This document shows positions 12,770-25,309 of a stretch of DNA of 64,000 nucleotides, in pieces; within the stretch, counting starts at the first letter, position 1, and each line of letters opens with the position of its first letter. The stretch is from Stegostoma tigrinum (lineage: Eukaryota). The notes below the pieces were generated by a model. The model was not told the DNA's origin. It worked only from the letters and a program-made list of their open reading frames with translations, and did no database searches. The position numbers and the translations under genes were made by a program. The DNA is taken from the NCBI RefSeq assembly GCF_030684315.1, contig NC_081374.1, positions 8,792,837-8,856,836 of the forward strand, in the 5' to 3' direction.

Positions 12770-14750
12770 TAGGCTTTTCACAATGTTCCCACAACACACT
12801 CTCCTCAGACTTGAAAGAATGGTAGGGCTTAAGCTTGAGGTCTGTTGGCCTTGATTCTGGTTTGTGGATCAGATCTCCACTGGAGGATGTTTCATCCCTT
12901 GGATATCCTCCGTGGATAATGTTGTTTCCTGGTAGCCCCAGTCTTTGATCCATTACTTTATCTGAAAGATCTTTAAACTGCTGCACTTTTTTCTGAAGAG
13001 AAATTCTTCCTTGCTGACTCAGGTAGCCACTGTATAACAGTATGAGGGGGCATTTAATCTCAAGCATATCTGCAATTGAAAACTATCGCCCTTGTTGAAT
13101 GAAGTTATTTCTTCATTGCTGTAGCCTGAATTTCTGAAAGAGGCAGTTGTTATTTTGATTTGAATAGGTATTCTTTCTTTGGCAGTTGCCTCGATTTTAA
13201 GATCAGGCAATTTATTCTTTTTGAAGATGTCCTGAATCTATGAATATTTATCTGTTTTCCATAGAGACTGACAACACTACGTAATTGTAGATTTCACAAC
13301 AAGTAGGTTTAAGACTTTTCACCTCCATCGAAATCTTTGGCTACTACTTGGCTGACTGAGCTCTGGTAGCACTCCTCGCAATTCCTGAGGGTTCTCTTTC
13401 CAAGAAAACTTCCCACAGGTAAGCTGGAATAACTAGCTTTCCGGCAAGATTTAGAAAGCCATCTATAATTGTGAAATGCTCAAAGTATGTATTCTTAGTC
13501 AACTTTCTGGATTGTTGGCGTGTCCAGTGAAGTTTCACTAGTTTGGTACTGGGTATAGAGAGAGAGTGCAAATTATGTAGGCATCTTCAGCTCTCTCACT
13601 TTCCTTGTGTTGTGACATAATGTGTACCTTATCTGTGATTTTGACAGTTTTTTTCAGCTGCACCACCGTCTGATCTTTGTACGCTGTAACTTCCGATTCT
13701 TCGGTGATGGGATCTGGTCTGACAGGTTAGTCACATTCGTAGATGTATCATCTTAAAACATAACAGGATGTCCAGTGACATCTGTGAAACCTGAGTTGTG
13801 GGATCTCAGATTCCTCCTCCTGGTTATCTGATTCAAAGGGGATACCCTTGATCATATTGACCTGTTCATGTGCGTAGCCTTTCCCTTCACTGGAGCTTTG
13901 TGAACAAGCACAATCTCTCTTGCTAGTTCTTCGCATGATATTTATTTATTATTTTATCCGTAAAGTTGTTTTAAATCAATGGCATTTCAATACCATTTGC
14001 AATCTGTTGTTTTCTCAGCATGTCTTCCTGCATTCATCAATGCTGATTTCGGTTTTGTTTGCTGAAGCTTGTTAGACTCTCGTCACAGCAACATGTCAGT
14101 AACTTCTTTGCTAATTCTTTTTAAAAATCTGTGTTACCATAATAATGTATGAAATTCTTCAATAAAGATTTAAACAATATTAACTTGTTGTTCTGCAGTG
14201 ATTTGCTCCTTTCAAACTTATAAATTCTGTTTCACAGCAATTCTGTCTGTCCATGGTTTTCCATCTTATTAAAGGTTTTCTTGTTACTTTACAGGGAAGC
14301 TGGATAGTTTACTGCTTTTAACAGTCCAGAATACAGCATACTTCCTCCTGCATTTCTGAAGAAGGGTCCCAAACCTAAGCGTCAGCTTTCCTGCTCCTCT
14401 GATGCTGTCTGGCCTTCTGTGTTCATCCAGCTCCATGCTGTGTTATCTCTACAATTCCTCCTGCATACTGCATTTAAAATTAAGTTCTTTTGGTAGTGCT
14501 TTTTTTAAATAAATTTTTGTAATAAAATTGTGGCTTAATTATTGAATAAATCTTTTTTAAGTCTTAAGTTTCTTCGGTATTGTCTTCTTGAGACTGTTTT
14601 GGCTAAATTCTGAGGTTTTCCCGATTCTGCATCTCCAGCACTGATTACTTTCCCAGCGTTTTCACTGTCCTTTGAAGTTGTGTCTTGTGGACACTATTCA
14701 CAGTAGCAGGATGGCTTGTATTTTTACCAAGGGGCTGTGTTATTATGGTT
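12770..14750 (-). mobile_element. Possible highly decayed Gypsy-like LTR retrotransposon gag-pro-RT relic
   Basis: Weak motifs in the expected order: CHN..KV knuckle-like (~13610), KLVK/LDT protease-like (~13530), KGDSFQLQICLRLN resembling the RT start KxDGSLRLCxDxRxLN (~13070). Confidence 0.4.
14354..14454 (+). mobile_element. Single-arm Penelope-derived element with degenerate hammerhead, 12-bp TSD
   Basis: ctgaagaagggtcccaaacctaagcgtc; ttcctcctgcat at 14342-14353 and 14455-14466. Confidence 0.75.
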
Positions 14751-15612
14751 CAAAACATTCTGACACCCTTCATTGACATTAAAGCAATGAGATTTGATGG
14801 ACCAAAGTATCTTTTTCATACTCATAACATTTTCTCCCACTCTGTTTGTATTTCTTCATTTGTGAGATTGTGTCTTCAGGCACAGTTGGTAGCATCCTTG
14901 TTTCTCAACTAGAGGTTCAAAGAATGAGTCTCACACCTAGACGTGATAGGCATGGAAAGTGTAGATTGACTGGCAACTTGCAAGCCCTTCCAATGACCTA
15001 ATGGAGGCAATAACAGAGGGACTCCAAGACTTGATGAGTAGTGACACCTCTCTAACCTCTCCTCTGGTATCGGGCTACCAACCTATTCCGCAAGAGCTAA
15101 TATGTAAACGCATGCTTCATCAAACACCTTTAGTTGCAGGAAGGCTAAGAGGACGAATGTGAGCATTCTGGCTTTATAGTACTTGCCTGACATGAATAAC
15201 GTGAAAACATGTCATTTATGGCAGACACTCTGTTGATAACATGGCTGCCACAACCAACCCTGCATCAATAAGAGTGAACATGTACCATGTAGGGGCTGCA
15301 CAAGTTGGAGACCACCAAGGTAAAACATTTTAAAAGCACATTCACCAGGTGATCCCTCTGTCCAAGCACACGGTTGTTAGTTTTGAGGTTCTAGGATTAA
15401 ATAAAAGTAGCCATATCGCACAGGAAATTGTGCTACCGTCTCAGAGGGAAACATGTTGGGAAGGATACTCATTCCACCACAATTTTCCTCCATGGGGCAA
15501 ACAAAACAGTAAAAGAAAGGGCAAGAGAGATACATCTGATTTCTGTGTCAAAAGCAATGCCATTATTTTCTCAATCTATGGCTTGGAGAAGCAATAAGAA
15601 CATGAAAGTTAC

Positions 15613-15737
15613 CTAGAACAGTGAGGCGTGCCTTGGCTGAGTCACTGTCCAGTTCTGTGCTGGCTACGCATGTGTAGATGCCTTCATCTCGTTCAGACAC
15701 GTTAATGATTGTTAAAGAGTCCTCATCCTTCTTCATC
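15613..15737 (-). CDS. NFASC: Neurofascin exon, Ig6 C-half ([42 protein letters not shown])
   Basis: gatttcag acceptor, GTAACT donor; 125 nt, phase 2->1; [10 protein letters not shown] motif. Confidence 0.96.
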
Positions 15738-15884
15738 CTGAAATCAAAGGTAGTTTTAAATAACTCTTCGCTTTTCTTTGCCTTTCCTCCCATTTTACCC
15801 CCTCTCTCCATTTGGGAGCTACTGATCAATGCTGGTGAGGTACTGCCCTTCATTAATGAGACACTGGAATATCCTGATGAACAA

Positions 15885-16455
15885 CTAGCCCATGTTGGTG
15901 AGTGACTGGCCCACTGTTATTAAGGGAATGGCCCATGTTAGTGAGGGACTGATCCATTGTTAGTGACGGACTGGCCCATGTTAGTGAGGGACTGGCCCAT
16001 GTTAGTGAGGGACTGGCCCACTGTTAGTGAGGGACTGGCCCAGTGTTAGTGAGGGAATGGCCCGTGTTAGTGAGGGACTGACCTATTGTTAATGAGGGAA
16101 TGGCCCATGTTATTGAGGGGCTGGCCTATTGTTAATGAGGGAATGGCCCATGTTAGTGAGGGACTGGCCTACTGTTAATGAGGGAATGGCCCATGTTAGT
16201 GAGGGACTGGCCTATTGTTGATGAGGGAATGGCCCATGTTAGTGAGGGACTGGCCTATTATTAATGAGGGAACGGCCCATGTTAGTGAGGGACTGGCTTA
16301 TTGTTAGTGAGGGACTGGCCTATTGTTAGTAAGGGACTGGGCCATTGTCAGTGAAGGAATGGCCCATATTAGTGCGGGACTGGCCTATTGTTAATGAGGG
16401 AATGGCCCATGTTAATCAGGAATTGGTTCATGTTAATGAGGGAGTGGTCTATGCT
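15885..16455. repeat. Minisatellite, about 26 units of 21/22 bp (ggcccatgttagtgagggact), partly a 43-bp higher-order dimer
   Basis: Directly visible tandem array; alternating ggcccatgttagtgagggact and ggcctattgttaatgagggaat units. Confidence 0.95.
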
Positions 16456-16865
16456 ATCAACATTTGAAAGTATGACTGCTCTCTAATAATTCATCATATT
16501 TTCTTGAGTCTATTGAAATTGCACTTGATTTTCTAAACTTACATCAATGGATGAAGATTTGCCATCAGCACACGGTCAACATTTACTCCCTTGAGCATTG
16601 ATTCATGCTAATACATTGCAATAACCTACTTAGGCTCCTTAAATAGAACCTTTTAAACCTTCACCACCTTGAGGCAAGTAGAAGGTGGTTCACAGTAACA
16701 CTGCAAATGCAAATTTGCCTCTAAGCCACATACCGTATTGACATGGAACTAAACTGCCATTCCTTCATTGTGGCTTGGTCAAAACTCTGCTATCTCCTTC
16801 TCAACAACACGGTGGGTCTACATACAGCATGCGGACTGCAGCAGTTCAAGAAGGCAGCTCACCAC

Positions 16866-17085
16866 AGAAATAACTCCACAGATGCTGGTATCTCACCACC
16901 ATTTATTCACATACAAGCAATCCATGACTATAGTACTGCCTCGTACAGAATCAGGCACCAGAGTGTCAGTGTCCTTGACACTCACTCTTTTTATACGTCA
17001 ACCAGAGCTCCCTGATTGGACAAGATTACCAGCCCCAATCGGGGAACTCATAATCTATGGGGTCCACTTGGATGACCTCGTTACA
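16866..17085 (-). mobile_element. Short solo-LTR-like insertion inside a LINE 3' UTR fragment
   Basis: Starts TGTAAC on minus, has AATAAA, 5-bp accac duplication (16861-16865 / 17086-17090); splits gcagctcaccac|taccttctcaagggc. Confidence 0.55.
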
Positions 17086-17215
17086 ACCACTACCTTCTCA
17101 AGGGCAACTAGGGATGAATGAAAATGAAACAGAACTTCCAGAGAAAGTAACTTTAGCAAGAATAGGGGAAACACACTGAGGAGATGATGAAGCAGTAAAC
17201 AGAAGGAACACTCAC

Positions 17216-17363
17216 CTCCATGGCAAATACAGAACTTTGTCATCTTTGAGCCAGGTCACCGTCACTCTTAATGTTGGGTCGTGCCTCACTTTACATTCAA
17301 ACTTTGCAGCAAGTGACCTCTTCACTGTGATAGATTCTGGAGCCCTGATGATCCTTGTAGGGT
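17216..17363 (-). CDS. NFASC: Neurofascin exon, Ig6 N-half (DPTRIIRAPESITVKRSLAAKFECKVRHDPTLRVTVTWLKDDKVLYLPW)
   Basis: aatgcag acceptor, GTGAGT donor; 148 nt, phase 1->2. Confidence 0.95.
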
Positions 17364-17944
17364 CTGCATTAATGGCATGGGAAATTGTAAAAGGGTGAGA
17401 ATTGTTATCATTTGAGCAGCTCAAGTAACTGTATGTCAATTAGAGTCTCATCGCCTAGCTGTCAGCCTCCATGATTCCTATGGTAAAACTCAGAAGGCAA
17501 TGTGAAAACATCAGAATTCTATCCCAAGGTGGTCTGCTGTCTCATATTTTAAAGGATTGTGCCACAGCCCCACAGCAATCCATTTCGCTCTTAAACTGGC
17601 CCCTGAAAGTGCCCTCGGAAGTCACTCGGTTCAAGAACAAATAGGAGTGAAGTGCTGGTCATGCCAGAGATGTTTAAATCCCATGAGGAAGTAAAATAAA
17701 TATGCCCTTCGAGCACTTTCTCATGCTATTCCAAACTTCCAGCATCTGCAAAGTTTACTTTGGTCGAGAAAAGCTGAAATGGTTTTCCCGTTCAAAACTA
17801 AAAATTGAGGGAGCAGTTGTCTCCAGCAACGAATGGCAGCTTTCACTTTGGACATGAATCCAAATCCCAGTTTTCCGGGCTCTACAAATCACGTCCAGCC
17901 CATAAAGTGTTGTAAATCTCATTTCTTGGCATAAAGAAAGTTAC

Positions 17945-18111
17945 CTTTGACCTCCAGTCGCACCCTGTTCTCAGCCTTGCCCAGTATGTTGGTTGCTACA
18001 CAGGTATAGGTTCCCTCATCAACCTTCCGTGCTCGTCGCAATTCCAAAGTCCCGTTGTCATGGATAATATAGTTTCCTCCATAAAGGTTATTGCCCTGCC
18101 CATCCTTAAAC
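17945..18111 (-). CDS. NFASC: Neurofascin exon, Ig5 C-half ([14 protein letters not shown]...[25 protein letters not shown])
   Basis: tgtcttgag acceptor, GTAACT donor; 167 nt, phase 2->1. Confidence 0.96.
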
Positions 18112-18372
18112 CTCAAGACACAAAAGAACAGAATCAGAGAAAGGATGGGACGTCAGTTCCAATAAATGATAAGCAGTGATACCCTCATCCCCTGAATGTA
18201 TAGTAAAAACACTGAATGAATTTATGGTACGTTAAGACGGGAACTATTTTCTACTTTGTGACACGATCCCATTTTATTCAAACTTCAAGCTCCATATTGT
18301 ATTAGTGCTTCCCTACATTTATCTGCTAGGATGTGCTCACACAATATAATGCCTCAGAAACTTGCCACTTAC

Positions 18373-18484
18373 CATCGCAGGGTAGGGATTGGTGAACCGA
18401 AGAACTGACAATTGAGCCTTGTTCGGTTATTTTCTATCACTTTGACTATTTGGTTTCGTCGGGACAATATTCGAGGCTGAACAT
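18373..18484 (-). CDS. NFASC: Neurofascin exon, Ig5 N-half ([38 protein letters not shown])
   Basis: ttcacag acceptor, GTAAGT donor; 112 nt, phase 1->2; [11 protein letters not shown] motif. Confidence 0.96.
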
Positions 18485-18959
18485 CTGTGAACAAAGAAGA
18501 TTCTATCAGTTGCAAAGAGGTACTAAAATACTAAAGTCACCATGGTCCCACTGGACTGCTCTATCATTAGACAGTCATCAAACCTCAAGGTCAGTGCAGA
18601 GGTCGAGAAGAAGAGTCCCTCGTGTTAATATCAGCTGGTATAGAAATTGGATCCACACTGTTGGGGTTATGCTGCAATGCAAACCATCAGGCGAACTAAC
18701 TTTCTTCTCAAAATGCTAATAAATAGCAGAGTCTTTTTGCCAGAGGCAATACAGACATCATTCACTGGTACCAATGGCCTTCACAACCCCTGAACTGTAT
18801 CTCAAGTGTAATTACTGATAGCTTGCAGGCAACATGCACACAGCTAAGTCCTTTAAGTGATCATGAGTGAAATATAAATTAAAATGGTTTGGATTTCATT
18901 GTAAACAGGACAATTGCCTATGCTTCTTTGGAAAACAAAGCTACCTTAGGAATCTTCTA

Positions 18960-19164
18960 AAGATGGTAAGAACTGCAGATGCTGGAGTCAGAGGTAACAC
19001 AGTGTGGAGCTGGAGGAACACAGCAGGCCAGGCAGTATCAGAGCAGCAGGAAAGTTGACATTTCGGATCGGGGCCCTTCTTCCGAAATGACCCAAAATGT
19101 CAACTTTCCTGCTCTTCTGATGCTGCCTAGCCTGCTGTGTCCGTCCAGATCCACACCGTGTTAT
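18960..19164. mobile_element. Palindromic Penelope-derived element, ~15-bp diverged TSD
   Basis: cttaggaatcttcta (18945-18959) vs cttagaaaccttcta (19165-19179); degenerate hammerhead at centre. Confidence 0.78.
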
Positions 19165-19364
19165 CTTAGAAACCTTCTATATATCCCACTTTAACATTTC
19201 ACCTGATTGACAGCATCTCCGCTTGTGAAGCACTGACAAAAGATTTAGCCAAGTTTATATGCTCAAAGTTATGCAGTGGGAGAAGACTGAGAGGCATCCA
19301 CGGAGACAAGGCTGACATGAGGACCTGGTAGACAGGTGATAAAATTATCATAACCATGTTCCTT

Positions 19365-19645
19365 TTGTGGTTAGCTCAGTTGGCTGAATGGCTAGTTTAC
19401 AATATAGAGTGACGCCAACAGTGTGTGTTCCATTCCTGCACTTGATGAGGTAAACATGAAGGATTCTCCTTCTCAACCTCTCCCCTCGCCTGAGGGACCC
19501 TCAGGTTAAACCTCTCTGATGAGACATCAGCCCTATGGCCTGGGTGAACTTTTCCTTTACTTAGGATCAATGGTCAGTACAACACTGTGGGCTGAAGGGC
19601 CTGTTCTGTGCTGTACTGTTCTATGTTCTATGTTCTATGTTCTAT
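19365..19645 (+). mobile_element. tRNA-derived SINE followed by a CR1 3' tip with (gttctat)n tail
   Basis: ggttagctcagttggc A-box; related copy at 41415-41580; tail matches 61740-61818. Confidence 0.65.
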
Positions 19646-20277
19646 TATCATGTAACTTGACAAGGTGTAAGCACTCTAACAGAAGATTTGGAAGAAGAAT
19701 AGTTTTTGTTCCTGTTAAACACTGATCCCTCAGTGGCTGGCTCAGATGTTTTGCTGGTGCTTTTCTTTGGGAGAACTAAACTGATAGACAGTGCAAAGGC
19801 CAAACTGCTAATATCGTTTCACGAGTCTCTGACTGAACCGCTTTAATGGCACCTCAATCTTGTTTTGAATACAAGGCAGAGAATTGGGAAAAGACAATTC
19901 TGTCGAACTCATCCTCACAGTCATCCTCTGACTTTTGCCCTACCTGTTCCTCATGCACCACCCATCCTGACCTCTGATGTCTTTAACTTCTGGCGGAGAA
20001 AAAAAAAAGTAACTTTTGGAAAAAAAAATCCTTAACTCCCTAAATCCAAAAAAAAAATTCAAAAGACCATATTTACCTGCACATCATACTCTATTTAACG
20101 GATTCCCTCCTGTAGTATTTAGAGTATTTGCTAAAATTTATTGCATATTTTTAAAAAAAGTCATGAGGTACAATTTCAAGCGAATCAATGTGAAATCTAA
20201 ATAATTGCCATTATCATTTTGAATTTAATGAGGAAACATTGGGTAATTATCAAAGTCATACTCTCATTTACAGTGGA

Positions 20278-20379
20278 AGTGTTCTGAGGAAGTGTCACCG
20301 GACCCAAAATGTTAACTCTTTTTTCTCCTCCACAGATGCTGCCAGACCTGCTGAGCTTTTCCAGAAACTTTGTTTTTGT
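20278..20379 (+). mobile_element. Penelope-derived short element (second subfamily), probable 11-bp TSD
   Basis: ctgaggaagtgtcaccggacccaaaatgtt degenerate core; ctctcatttac at 20261-20271 and 20380-20390. Confidence 0.7.
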
Positions 20380-20814
20380 CTCTCATTTACGGAATGGTTC
20401 CCACAATGGACACCAGACAGTCCAGTTATGATAAAATATACCTATGCACGTCACATTAGTGATGAGTGGACAAGGTCTTAATGCAGCATTTCAGATTAAT
20501 GTGCTACAAGAGTTTTCATTCAATGTGCCCAGATTTGGCAGAATAGTCTCATAAATTCCTGAATCGAAAGAGCAGCATTTCATTCATTCAGTCAGCGACA
20601 GCACAGTGAACTTATCATCGACATACAGATTTAAAGGAGGAAGTTGAAGACTTCCTCTCACTTAATCTCTCTTAGTCTCTCACCCTCAGATGTTCAGGCT
20701 ACCTGTTCCTGATTTGCTTTAAAATTTATCAATGAGATCAGCTCAAAGTTTTGTCCAAGCACCAGCATCCCAGGCACCATCACTATTTTCAAACATCAGG
20801 CGTGCAAACTCAAT

Positions 20815-21230
20815 TAAGACCACAAGACCATAAAACATAGAGCAGAATTAGGCCATTTAGCCCATTCAATCTGCTCTGCATTTAATGAGGTCATGGCTGA
20901 TCTAATACTCCTCAACTCCACTTTTGTGCCTTTTCTGCATAACCCTTCATTCCCTGATTGATTATAAAATCTACCTCAGCCTTGAATATACATAATGAGC
21001 CAGTTAAAAAACCATTTTCCCTGTCAAATCCCCAAAGAATCTCATATATTCTAATAAGGTTGCCTCTCATTTCTAAATTCCAATAAGTACAGGCCCAATC
21101 TATTCCACATTTCCTAAGGGGCCAATTTCTCTATACCTGGATCAGCCTAGTGAACCTTCTGTGGATTCCCTCCAATTCCAGTATACCTTTCCTTAGGTAA
21201 GGGGCACAAAACTTTTCACAGTCTTCCATT
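20815..21230 (-). mobile_element. CR1 3' fragment
   Basis: (agaccata)n-type tail and ORF2 C-terminal remnants. Confidence 0.65.
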
Positions 21231-21372
21231 ATCTACCCCCACTTTGGATATCATTGAGATTGAAACTCAAGGTTGTATCTCAATGAGTTAAGATATCGTG
21301 GACTCATGGACAAGTTAACACTTCCAGTTCAACATTAACCATCAAGGAGAAGGAGGCTGTATCTAAACTTAC

Positions 21373-21516
21373 CAAGGATACTGACAAACGCATTGGCGAG
21401 TAAGTACCCGTGCTCATTCGAGGCATTGCATTGATACACGGCACTGCTTCCTATCTGTGCCTCTCGGAAGATAATTGTATCACCATCAATTTCACGGCTT
21501 GGACTCTGACGGACCT
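21373..21516 (-). CDS. NFASC: Neurofascin exon, Ig4 C-half ([48 protein letters not shown])
   Basis: ttctctgaag acceptor, GTAAGT donor; 144 nt; [20 protein letters not shown] motif. Confidence 0.95.
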
Positions 21517-21620
21517 CTTCAGAGAAAGAAGGAGACAGTCAACTAATCATTGTTTGATTAACAGTATTCTTGAATGTTGTCCTGTTAGATATTAATAGAC
21601 AGGTGCGCGCGCGCGCACAC

Positions 21621-21872
21621 NNNNNNNNNNNNNNNNNNNNNNNNNNNNNNNNNNNNNNNNNNNNNNNNNNNNNNNNNNNNNNNNNNNNNNNNNNNNNNNN
21701 NNNNNNNNNNNNNNNNNNNNNNNNNNNNNNNNNNNNNNNNNNNNNNNNNNNNNNNNNNNNNNNNNNNNNNNNNNNNNNNNNNNNNNNNNNNNNNNNNNNN
21801 NNNNNNNNNNNNNNNNNNNNNNNNNNNNNNNNNNNNNNNNNNNNNNNNNNNNNNNNNNNNNNNNNNNNNNNN
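21621..21872. other. Assembly gap (252 N) beginning in a (GC)n(AC)n microsatellite
   Basis: N run preceded by gcgcgcgcgcgcacac. Confidence 0.99.
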
Positions 21873-22569
21873 TTGAATAATAGTGTAAAGTCTATGACAT
21901 CAAATTGATAATCTATTGCAGCAGTGGTCAGCAACCTGCAGCTTTGGAGCCACCTGAGATTCTTCAATATCTTACTCCCACATCAAAGCCCTTTCCAACT
22001 GGATTGCGTGATGATGAAAGAAGCCAAAGAAAATAAAGCAAGTAAGATTTTGCATATGGGGTGAAAACTGAATAATTATTGTAACAACCATATCCTTTTA
22101 TTTTTGTGCTTTTGAAAATTATGGACTGAAATAAGAAAGAATGTTTTTAAAAATTGCGTTTCTCAGAGTTTCTGCATGTATAGAAAAACAAGTCATCTGG
22201 CACTCGTGGCAAGCATTGTTTAAACAGCTGTTTGAACAAATACTAATTGAAAATTAGTTGCAGGCCAACTGTAACTGAGGGTTTCTGTAATCAGATGGAG
22301 GTTTGTCTGGTAATAAGGTGCTGATTAGTCAATGGGCTAGTGACAAATTGTCAAAGACCAAAGCCTTTTTCCTGCAAGCAACCATGTGTCTGAATCTCAG
22401 GTAGGCGAACAGTTCTGAGCTAGGAACAAGATGTAGAGAAGTGTTCAGAGCTTCACCAGGTTAGGGGTTGTCTCTCAGTCTACTGCAGTTAAAACCAATT
22501 TTAAACCTGAAGAAAACTGGATTAACTTCTCTTCAACAGTTGCTGTAAGTTGAAAATTTTGTATTGAAT

Positions 22570-22915
22570 AGGGAGAGGTGATGGCTGAGTGGTATTATTA
22601 CTGGGCTGTTAATCCAGAGACCCACGTAATGTTATGGGAATCTGGGTTTGAGTCCTGCCACAGCAGATGGTGGAATTTGAATCAAATAAAGATCTGGAAT
22701 TACGAGTCTTACAATGACCATGTCGGAAAAGCCCATCTGGTTTGCTAATGTCCTTTAGGGAAGGAAACCTCCATCCTTACCTGATCTGGCCGACATGTGA
22801 CTCCAGACCCACAGCAATGTAGTGGGCTCTTAACTGCCCTCTGGGCAATTATGGATGGGCGTTAATGCTGCCCTAGCCAGTGATGTACACGTCCCATGAA
22901 CAAATAAAAAATAAA
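22570..22915 (+). mobile_element. tRNA-derived SINE with conserved core and LINE-like tail (family name uncertain)
   Basis: A/B boxes; core cccatctggtttgctaatgtcctttagggaagg; further copies at 36935-37275 (-) and 59290-59645 (-). Confidence 0.75.
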
Positions 22916-24253
22916 ATCGATAAATCAGGGAGCTTTTATAAGTGAACCAGTCACTGTGTGCATTGTGGAAGTATTGTGAAAAGGCTTCCTTTTCTCAGTA
23001 GAGAGGAGCAAGAACTAACATTACAGATTTTGTCAACAAACATCACTGAGCTGATTTTCTCATTTTTCCTCCCTCCATGTAATTCATTTCCTCCATGTTC
23101 ATGTCCTGTATCAAGAGTCTAATTACTTGTAGCACAATGTGATTCTAGTGATTAAATACTGAAATCTGGTCTGTGCTTGCTATGTCTGAAAAAATAACAC
23201 AGATAAATTAGGAATCTTGTGCAATTATTTTAAAGTCTTTCACTTTTCTGATGACTCTGGGTATACAGAGGCTTGATTTCCATTGTGTGCCTCAGTGAGT
23301 CTTGAACATTACGCTGTTCCACATGAATTCAAGTGGCATTTTAAACCATTATTATGCTTTAAGTAAATGAGTAGTACAGCTACACCATGATTTTAGTTAA
23401 TGGACATCTGTCTTGATCTTACTGAATGTAGAGCAGACTCCATTGACCAAATGGCCTACTTCTGATCCTTAAGTTCAAATAATATCTAATGCTTGAAGAA
23501 CTGGTTTCCTGGTTGGGACCATTACTGTTACTACAGTTCAGTTGATAAATTATTGTGAATGCATTATTAGAAGCAATTTCTTGTCAAGAAAATCATTGGC
23601 TAGAAACTGGTTTTGTAGAAACACATCTTAAGCTAATATTTGTTTCAAAGATGACTTTGCTGATTATTGTTGAAACAGACTCAACTTACTGCAAGTCCTG
23701 TTATAAAAACACAAAGATATGTATGATTATTTTCAATATTATATGTGAATTTCTTATTACTTTTCCATTCTTAACTACGGACATACTGTTTTTCCAGAAA
23801 ATTAATATGGTTGACCACTCTTACATTTTCATTTGAATGTGATTGTCCGTAATTCATGCAAATTTATGTGTAAAATCTGAGCATGCATATACTAGAGAAG
23901 CAAAAAAAAAGAAATTAAAAAGACACAGCAAATGTTATGACATTTAATAACTCAGAGTTAGTTTTGTCTTAATTTGATTTTTCCTTCCAGGTGATAGACC
24001 ATTTTATTATACAGATTATAATTATCATGGCACAGATCGATAGACTTTAGAATTGCCAAGTTTTCTTCTTATGGCTCCCAAAAGCTTTTATTTTCATTTA
24101 TTTTTTTCAAAAGCTCTTCAAGACTCAACAGGTTACTAAAGCTTGCGTTAGATATTACACCCACTCGCAATTCAGTCAGCTTTAGTAGGGAAATTACAAT
24201 AATGAAATCCAACAAGACACACAGAAGTAATGTCACGGTCATTGTTTACTCAC

Positions 24254-24385
24254 TTTCTATGGGTTCCCCGTTCACCAGCCACTGGATGTCAGGTTTGGGA
24301 TTTCCATTAGCTTGACACACCAATCTGCCATATTCCCCAGGAGCCAGCACTAAATTTTGCGGCTCATTCAGCCAATATGGAGCAG
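24254..24385 (-). CDS. NFASC: Neurofascin exon, Ig4 N-half ([44 protein letters not shown])
   Basis: ttctcaaag acceptor, GTGAGT donor; 132 nt, phase 1->1; translated by hand. Confidence 0.96.
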
Positions 24386-25309
24386 CTTTGAGAATGAAAA
24401 TTAAACACAAAATAATTGTCAACTTAACACAACATGGAATGCAGAAGTTTCATTTCACACAGGTACAGCATGTTTGGATTACTCTAATGTATTATTTGGG
24501 CTAAATCTCAATCGGTGCTATCTGGTGGGTCAGGCTGCAGCCAAACATATTAAAGATCATATCAAAGACTTCTACTTCACTACATGCTGAAAACAGCATT
24601 CAATCCAAGAATGAAATTTCCCCTCAGGATGTGACATTGATGGGACTCCAGCGATCTCACTTAGTAAAGAACAGACAAGAAAGTTTAGGATTTTTGATGA
24701 TCCATCTCCCTCAGTTCTTGATAAGCATTTGTTTAACATGGATATGATGTTACACTGCTACTGTTCCCTCTGAACACTCACTTAACAACTCTATTCTTGG
24801 TTGTCCCAACTGCCCCTGTCTATCCCCTGTGAGTAATGCTCATGAACACTTGCATTTGTCAAATGAAGGTTCTCAGCCTGTTTTAAACGGGGGTGGAAAT
24901 CATCTTTTACCTGGTAACATCAACCTCATGTTAATTGGATCACATAACAGGGGCGATGTGCATCCGAGAGGAAGTTTCTAAATTTCTGTCTCCGAAACAC
25001 CCAACCCTCCAAAGTGGCCTGGGATCATATCTCATTTTTCATTTCACTCAGTAGATTACATCACTCCCAAGTGTGACAGTAAGTATTTATATTATATATG
25101 CGTGTGCATACACATATATTAGTCATTGCCATTATATGGGTTAAGTTAGATGAACCAGCAAATTTTCTTCTGTTTTTCATAGGTGAGAAGGCAGTGTCTG
25201 AAAAAAGTAAGTACTTAAAACTCCTCAAACTTCCCAGTTCTTCAGAAATTCTGAAGTTATTGCTAAGACATTGAATACAGCTGACAGAAATGTGCTCAAG
25301 GTCCAAAAG

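Noticed and set aside
15885-16455. CRISPR-like array
   Set aside because: Head-to-tail units with no unique spacers, in a vertebrate intron: a minisatellite.
21539-21967. ORFs spanning the N run
   Set aside because: Artefacts of the assembly gap.
22200-23310. Possible LTR around the SINE at 22570
   Set aside because: LTR-like composition, but I could not define termini or a TSD.
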